From Eledone cirrhosa (taxonomy: Eukaryota): a stretch of 64,000 bases of DNA. The notes beneath the pieces were generated by a model. That model had not been told where the DNA came from. It did not search any database and worked only from the letters and a program-made list of their open reading frames with translations. The stretch is from the NCBI GenBank assembly GCA_964016885.1, contig OZ024741.1, positions 2,356,001 to 2,420,000 of the forward strand. Reading direction: 5' to 3'. The position numbers and the translations under genes are program-made. Shown here piece after piece: positions 56,379-64,000 of this stretch (positions within the stretch are counted from its first letter, which is position 1; each line of letters begins with the position of its first letter).

Positions 56379-57210
56379 GTTTCTGAATTTGTTTAGCAAA
56401 ATTCTTTATCTGAAAACGTGTGTTGAAACTGATATTGTTATACTTTGGGAGGGTCATGTTCCCAATAAGAAACACATGCACCAGTTGTTTCACTTCAATT
56501 TATTATAATAAATTTTGGAATTTATAAATTTCCGGTTGGTTGGTTGGTTCCACAACCGGATGATTGTTTATATATTGTCAAAGTTCTTTCGTCACAAATT
56601 CTGTGACCTCTTCAGTGACTGGGGATTCTTTTCTTTTTCTTTTGTGCCTCTCCTTTGTTCTGTCCTACGCCATCTTGTTTTTGTGTGTGTTGTGTGCTTA
56701 GTTTGCGCATGTGTTACATCCGGGTGTCTATGTGTGTTTATATTTGTTTATTTATTTGTTTATTTACATGTTACTGGTTGGTTGTTTGTTCTATGTGCGT
56801 GTGTGTTTTCATTTGTCCTTAATCGTAAGTTGTGATGTTGCTATTCCATTCATGTTTTCTATTTAATTTTGGCTGGAGTTCATTTATGTTTATTGCCTTT
56901 GTGATTTGTCTAAACATTGCGTCTTTTCTGTGTGTAGATTCTATTTTTATTTCTATGTTCTCTAATTTACCCTTATGTTCTATTTTAGCATGTTGGTAGA
57001 GTACAGATGATTCTTTTCTATCTTAAAGCTCTCACCAGTGTTCATTTAACCGTTCTCCTATACTACGAGCTGTCTCACCTATGTAAACTATATTCTTATC
57101 TTTACATCGTCCTTCAGTACATCTTATGCTATATACTACATTTCTAGTTTTACAGTTAATATGGGGGCTTAATTTACAGATTATACATTTCTTGTCTATA
57201 CAGGGAGGTC
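56376..57210 (-). mobile_element. Penelope-like family F copy 2 (Cys-rich linker plus GIY-YIG with a premature stop, 3' UTR, full tail)
   Basis: Close reverse complement of 14543-15268; extends to PPCIDKKCIICKLSPHINCKTRNVVY. Confidence 0.9.
56577..56619 (-). ncRNA. Minimal HHR with intact core, family F
   Basis: GTCA-CTGAAGA-G-GTCACA-GAATT-TGTGAC-GAAA-GAA-CTT-TGAC. Confidence 0.75.
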
Positions 57211-57906
57211 TATACAGGGAGGTCTCTCTCTATATATATATCTACCCACCCCTCTCTCTCCCACTCTCTCTATATATATATATCTCTACCACTCTCTCTC
57301 TCTCTCCCCCACTCTCTCTTACCCACTCTCTCTCTATATATATCTCTACCCCTCTCTCTCTCTCTCTCCCACTCTCTCACCCACTCTCTCTCTATATATA
57401 TCTACCCCCCTCTCTCTATATATATCTACTCCACTCACTCAGTAATTTAATGAGTGAATCGAGAATATTGGGGCGAATCCGTGTCTTTAAATATGCTTTT
57501 GTTATAATGACGGTGATGGTGGTAAGGTGGTGGTGATGGTGGTGGTGGTGGTGATGGTGGTGGTGGTGATGGTGGTAGGGGTGGTGGTGATGGTGTAGTG
57601 GTGGTGGTGCTGTACTAGTAGAACCAAACATCCAAGATATATAGTGCCATGACCTAGCTGACCATAACTGCAGCCTGGCACAAATATGGAACACGAATGA
57701 GCATGCGCAAAACTTGTTTAACTATTATCATCATTTTTCTTGTTATTTTCCCATCTTCTTCTTCTTCTTCTTCTTCTCCTTCTTCTTCTTCTTCTTCTTC
57801 TTCTTCTTCTTCATGTTGTTGTTGTTGTTGTTGTTGCTTTGCCCTTCTCTTTTGCTTTCTCTCCCCCAAGAATACAAAGGTCTGTCTATATAAGAATGGT
57901 ATGCTG

Positions 57907-58149
57907 CACACATACACACACACACACACAGAGACACACAGACACACAGTCATAAACAGACACACAAACACACACACACACACACAGACATACACACACA
58001 CACATACACACAGAAACACAGACACACACATACAGACACACATAGAGACACACAGACACACAGACATACACATCCACACAGACACACAGACACACACATA
58101 CACACCACATACACATACAGACACACACACACCCACACACACACACACA

Positions 58150-58204
<55 letters not shown>

Positions 58205-59256
58205 AGACACACAGACACACACACATACATACACACACACAGACACACACAGACACACGCACATAAACACACACATACAGACACACACATACACACACAG
58301 ACACACACACACAGACACACACACAGACACACATAGATACACAGACACACACACACACAGACACACATACACACACAAACAGACAGACACACAGACACAC
58401 ACACACATACACACACACAGACATACCCAGACACACATACACACACACAGACACACATAGATACACACACACACACATGCACACACACACACACAGACAC
58501 ACACACAGACACACACACACACATACATACACATACGCACAGACACACACACACACACATACGCATAGAGACACACAGACACACATACACACACATCCAC
58601 ACACAGACACACCCACAAACACACAGACACACACACACACACAGACACACAGACACACACACAAACACAGACACACACACACACAGACACACAGACACAC
58701 ACACATACATACACACACACAAACACACACACACGCACATAAACACACACATACAGACACACACATACACACACAGACACACCCACACAAACACACACAC
58801 AGACAGACAGACACACAGACACACACACACAGACACACATACACACACACATAGACATACACCCACACACACACAGACACACAGACACACACACACATAC
58901 ATACACACACACAGACATACACATACACACATACACACACACACAGACACACAGACACACGCACAGACACACAGACACACATAGATACACACACACACAC
59001 AGACACACACACGCACATACATACAGACGCACAGACACACACACACACACATACGCATACACACACACAGACACACAGACACACAGACACACACACACAC
59101 AGACACAGACACAGACACACACACACACATACACACACAGACACACACACACACAGACACACACACACAGACGGACACACACACACATACACACACACAT
59201 ACACACAGACACACAGACACACACACAGATATATATATATATATACACACACACAT

Positions 59257-59270
<14 letters not shown>
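57907..59270. repeat. (CA)n/(CAGA)n/(CATA)n cryptic microsatellite
   Basis: Direct reading. Confidence 0.95.
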
Positions 59271-59284
<14 letters not shown>

Positions 59285-59289
<5 letters not shown>

Positions 59290-59452
59290 GAAGAGCTTCT
59301 ACAGGATTAGAACTGTTTCATTTGTGATGATTTCTCATGAATGAAACAGTTCTAGTCTTGTAGAAGCTCTTCTATATTAAAACATTTATACTCTGCTGTG
59401 TATTGAGTACCTTACTTACTGTTGTTACCTCCGATTCAACCCGGGATAACTT
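59285..59452. mobile_element. PLE-like family B fold-back in (TA)n
   Basis: ATATAGAAGAGCTTCTACAGGATTAGAACTGTTTCATT / AATGAAACAGTTCTAGTCTTGTAGAAGCTCTTCTATAT plus tail. Confidence 0.85.
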
Positions 59453-59626
59453 ATATATATATATATATTTAGGTTTGTTGGTTCACCACTGGATAGAACT
59501 GGTCATTCCGTATGGTCAACCTCGATGTAATATTATGGAGAGCACTCAACGTAATGCAACTCACCCATCTTCGTTTGTGTAGTTGGTGGTGCGAGTACGG
59601 AGTTAATTATTATAAAATAACAGGAG

Positions 59627-60115
59627 ACTGGACTTGTGTAAATCCTTAAAAGGTTTATTATACTATGATCATTTCAATGACTGGGTTCCGTATGAATCCG
59701 GTGATATCATCAGGTATTCGAAATGTAACAAAGGAATATAACAGATAAAATCCATGGGGCTGAAAATCATAAAGAAGAGGACGACCGACCATCTAGCATC
59801 TTCTACCTTAGTCGGCAGCCCTCGAGGGAGCTTCTACCTCAGTCGGCCGCCCTCGAGGGCGGCCGATTGAGGTAGAAGCTGCTAAATGTTCGGTCGCCCT
59901 CATGTCTCTGATTTTCAGCCCCATGGATTTTATCTGTTATATTCCTTTGTTATATTTTGAATACCTGATGATATCACCGGATTCATACGGAACCCGGTCA
60001 TTGAAATGATCATAGTATAATAAACCTTCAAGGATTTACACCAGTCCAGCAATTTCAATAATTTTCATCCATATTTTCGTTAACCATTATCAAACATATA
60101 TTCACTAAATTATGC
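59627..60115. mobile_element. Fold-back family H: ~195-bp arms centred on palindrome GCCCTCGAGGGC, with a ~30-bp duplication at the apex, plus ~60-bp tail
   Basis: Arms are reverse complementary; HHR in both arms. Confidence 0.85.
59961..60018 (+). ncRNA. Minimal HHR with intact core, family H (mirror copy at 59660-59717 on -)
   Basis: ATAC-CTGATGA-TATC-ACCGGATTC..GAACCCGGT-CATT-GAAA-TGATC-ATA-GTAT; palindromic ATGATCAT. Confidence 0.75.
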
Positions 60116-60117
60116 AT

Positions 60118-60172
<55 letters not shown>

Positions 60173-60208
60173 TCTCTCAATATATATACGTCTCTCTCTC
60201 TCTCTGGG

Positions 60209-60242
<34 letters not shown>

Positions 60243-60278
60243 CGTCTCCCCCTTCTTTCTCTCTATATATACATATAT

Positions 60279-62690
60279 CGATGGCCCACCGCGACTCTCG
60301 GACAGCGAGGCAAAGTTCTGCGAAAAGCCGATTTCAGCCGCTGAGATAGGGGACGCGCTGAGCCAATGCGGCAAACGCAAATCTCCAGGTCTCGACGGTC
60401 TACCCTACGAATTTTACGTAGCAATGCCGGACTTATTCCCCGGTCTCCTGGAAGCGGTCTACTGCAACTGGCAACAGAACGTGAGAATTCCCAGTTCTGT
60501 GACCGGGGGCGTAGTCACACTAGTCAAGAAGGACGAGAATAAGGGAGATGACATAGGCAACTTCCGGCCCATAACTCTGCTGAACACAGAGTTACAGATT
60601 TTGGCCAAAGTGTTGGCAAAGAGGCTGGCACTTGTCGTCGAGAACCTGGTGGGAGAAGCACAGACATGCGCAATCCCGACCAGGTCCATACACAACAACC
60701 TCCACCTCATGCGATATATCATAGAGACGGTAGGGCGTAAACCCGGCTTCGGTGGGGCCCTGATCAACTTGGATCAGTCTAAGGCTTTCGATAGGGTTGA
60801 CCATCGTTACCTGGATGCGGTGCTCGAGGCGGTAGGCTTCGGACCCGTGTTCAGGGGCTGGATTGCTGCAATGCACAACAGCAACATCTGCTCAAGTGTT
60901 AAGGTGAACGGCTACTTCTCGTAGCCGTTCCATATCACACGATCCATTCGACAGGGATGCCCTCTCTCCTTCCTTCTGTACGTACTGACTCTCGAGCCAC
61001 TACTTCGGAAGTTGGAGCTACTGCAGGGCATCCCTCTGGAACCGGGACTGCGGAAAGCGGCGTCGGCCTAGGCCGACGACATGACAGTAATGGTGTCGAG
61101 CCCCTCGCAAATCGAGGAAGTCGGCACCTTACTGAAGGAATACGAAAGGTTCACAGGAGCGAAGCTGAACCGGAACATGTCCATCGGTTTGCAACTCGGA
61201 TCGTGGAGAGGCAAACCGATGCCTTCCGATGACGTCGTCGGACGCTGGACGGAAGGACCAGTAAAGCTGCTCGGGGTCTGGTTTGGTCCGGACCTCCAGG
61301 TGGAGAAGAACTGGAACGAGGTGACGGCCAAGGTGTTTGCACTCACCTAGAAGTGGGCCGAGTGCAAACTATCCTTGAAAGGTCGAGCGGAGGTGGCGAA
61401 CACTTTTATAGCGTCCGCCATCTACTACCGCTTGACCGTCGTGCCTTGTACAGCCAAAACGCCCGCCAAAATGGAGCGCGCGCTCTTCCAATTCTTTTGG
61501 AAGAGGCGGGCTCCTTTGGTGAGAAGATCCATCTGCTGCCAACACCCTCCCAACGGAGGGCTGGGGATGCGGTGGCTGGCGATGCGCAAACACGCGCTCA
61601 GGCTGCAGCATCTCTACGTATTCCTCACCGGACAACCGGTGTGGGCCCCGTTCGTGAGGCGAGCCTTCCCACAACTCGTCTCGCTGACCGAGCTGCAGTC
61701 CTGGGTCAAGCAAAGACCGAGGAAAATTTGCGACTGGTACATCGAATGTGCTCAGGCGCTCACAGCCCTCTGGCAGACAGACCCGTCGATCAGTGGAGAC
61801 TCCACTTCGTCATTCTATAGAGGGTTGATCCGCAGCAAGTGCGACGACGTGCTCGGTGAAACTCTGGGCGTAGAGGAAGACGAACCGGCCAGTCTGTTCG
61901 GTCGGACCTTCCGCCCGGGACCGATGGACAACTTCCAAAAGTCCCTGGCCTGGCAGTGCTACCGAAGAGCTCTACCAGTTCGAGACAAGCTCTACAGACA
62001 TGGGCGCCCGGGCAGAGACCCTGCAAAAAAACTCTGTCCGAGGTGCGTGCGAGACTAAGAAAACCGTCGCGCACGCATTCGTACACTGCCGGGGCGTCAC
62101 TGACCTATGGGGCTATGTACAAAGACTATTGTCGCGGCTGGGACCAATCCGGTTGACCACCGAGTCCATTGTCATGATCAAACCGCCACCCTCCTTCAAA
62201 AACGAAGGAGAAGCGGTTTTCCTTTGTGTGATAGCTATGGCGAAAGAGGTTGTATGGTGGACAAGGTTGAAAGGGCTGAGATCAGACACCTTTCTCTCCG
62301 GCCAACAACTGATTCTTTTTTTCAAATACCACTTTGGATGAAGAATCGGGATGGAGAGAGAGGTGCTGTACCCCAGCAAGTTTTATGAAAGGTGGGTGAA
62401 AGTGGCGAGAATGGCCCGAGTGAATGGGCCTTCTCTCTATATCAGCCTGTAGGTTGAGGAAAAAGAGGAGGAGAGGAAAGGAGTACAAACTCTTCGTACT
62501 ACTGGAGATGAGGGTTGCACATTTTTTTTCGTCTTACCCATATGTAATGTCTCCCCCTATTGGGGAAAATCGACTAATTTTTAAATTGCATTTGTGATAA
62601 TATTTTACACGTTTTTATTGTATGTAAACTTCCCCTTTTGTATTTGTCCCCTTCTTTTGTGCCCCTGTGGCTAATAAAGAAACATATCTA
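60279..62690 (+). mobile_element. L1/Tx1-clade LINE copy 2, 5'-truncated (RT region to 3' end), several stops including YADD to *ADD
   Basis: KSPGLDGLPYEFY, NFRPITLLNTELQILAKVLA, LDQSKAFDRVDH, CPRC; ends AATAAAGAAACATATCTATC; collinear with 50185-52106. Confidence 0.92.
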
Positions 62691-62755
62691 TCAACTTTAA
62701 CATACATGGACATGGTGGAATACAGAAGTACATTAGAAATATATATATGTGTGTA

Positions 62756-62820
<65 letters not shown>

Positions 62821-63539
62821 ATGTGTGTGTGTGTGTGTGTGTTTGTTTATTTAGGTAAACAAAAGGGGTAACACTGTTAATTTATTTCGTGTTATTGTTG
62901 TTGTTGTTGTTGCTATATATTGTTGTTGTTATACAATAGCTTCCTGAGAAAAGTTAATAGAACAGAAATGAAGCAATAAGGTAAACTATAGTAAAGACAT
63001 GGGAGAGAGAGGGGGAGGGGGGAGAGAGAAGGGGGAGAAAGAAAGGAAAAGAGACAGAAAGAGAATGAAAATATAAATTACCGTTGAAAGGAAGTTCCAT
63101 TCAATCTGTTGACAGCAACATATCAATATATGGAGTATAGCATTGCCGCCTCCCTGCTATACCGACAGATTTATTGTACCTCGCTCCCAGATAGATACAT
63201 TACATATACACACACATGTATATATATATATATAATAAAAAAATTCCATCACACGCATACCATCCATTAAACAAACATGCACACACATACCATCCCGTAG
63301 AACAAACATGCACGCACGCACACGCACACACACAGACACACACACATACATACACACACAGACACTGACACATACACACACGCACACACCATCCCGTAGT
63401 ACAAACATGAACACACACACAAACACGATTGGGAAACAGCTTTTCTTTGAAATATGTTGTATTGAAAATATCTTTCATGTTTCCTTCTTAGTTATTTATG
63501 ATTAGTTTGGAACAACAAAGTCCCTACATCCATGTGGGT

Positions 63540-63578
63540 ATCAACGTTTCGAGGCCTTCACAGTCTCATCATCAGAAT
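63540..63578 (-). ncRNA. Minimal HHR
   Basis: ATT-CTGATGA-T-GAGAC-TGTGAAG-GCCTC-GAAAC-GTT-GAT. Confidence 0.65.
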
Positions 63579-63769
63579 CAGTATGGTCATACTAGTGGTA
63601 TATTAATAAGGGTATATTAATAGTGGTATATTAATAAGGGTATATTAATAGTGGTATATTAATAATGTTTGTAAAAGATCATGATAGTGGTGAGAAAACA
63701 TAGACTTCGGATTTCGAATTTGTTATTGCACTTAAACCTGTTTTCACATATGTTACATGAACACATATC

Positions 63770-64000
63770 TATCTAGGGCGGGTAAAATAACTGATTCAAA
63801 GCACCAGACAAGTTTTCTGGAGTATATAATTCAATGATATTAAATAAATGGAAACTATATTTATAAAACCATATTTATTCTATTATATATATTTCAAGGG
63901 TACCAAAACTTTGGTACGCTTTCATCAGATAAAATACAAAGCTTGTTTTATAAATTTTGACATAACCAAGAAAAAGATACCTTAACGGTTCAAGTTGTCC
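63770..64000 (-). mobile_element. PLE-like family A arm with tail and intact HHR core (~63875-63936); runs off the window end
   Basis: Reverse complement TATTTTAT-CTGATGA-AAGCGTACCAAA..TTTGGTACCCTT-GAAA-TATAT-ATA-ATAGAATA. Confidence 0.75.

Overview
Repeat-saturated eukaryotic (animal) genomic DNA. The SINE family and the (TA)n/(CA)n/(GA)n load resemble an octopod cephalopod, but that assignment is recalled, not proven. I cannot support any host protein-coding gene; nearly all long ORFs are microsatellite or minisatellite artefacts. Recognisable content: about 9 copies or fragments of a tRNA-derived SINE (four with target-site duplications, TSDs); a 5'-truncated Dong/R4-type LINE in (TAA)n, interrupted by a hAT (Charlie/Buster-type) transposon with intact TIRs and an 8-bp TSD; two oppositely oriented L1/Tx1-type LINE copies; CR1/L2-group and RTE fragments; three Penelope-like (PLE) GIY-YIG fragments; and a ~15 kb block of G-rich minisatellites (28-, 47- and 15-bp units). 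The most striking signal is roughly 20 short elements from about 10 unrelated sequence families, mostly sitting in (TA)n. Many are built as head-to-head fold-backs with one long 'tailed' arm and one short arm ending at a fixed TA, and most carry a minimal hammerhead-ribozyme (HHR) fold, often with a palindromic stem III. I interpret them as PLE 3'-end/pLTR-derived ribozyme hairpin elements.
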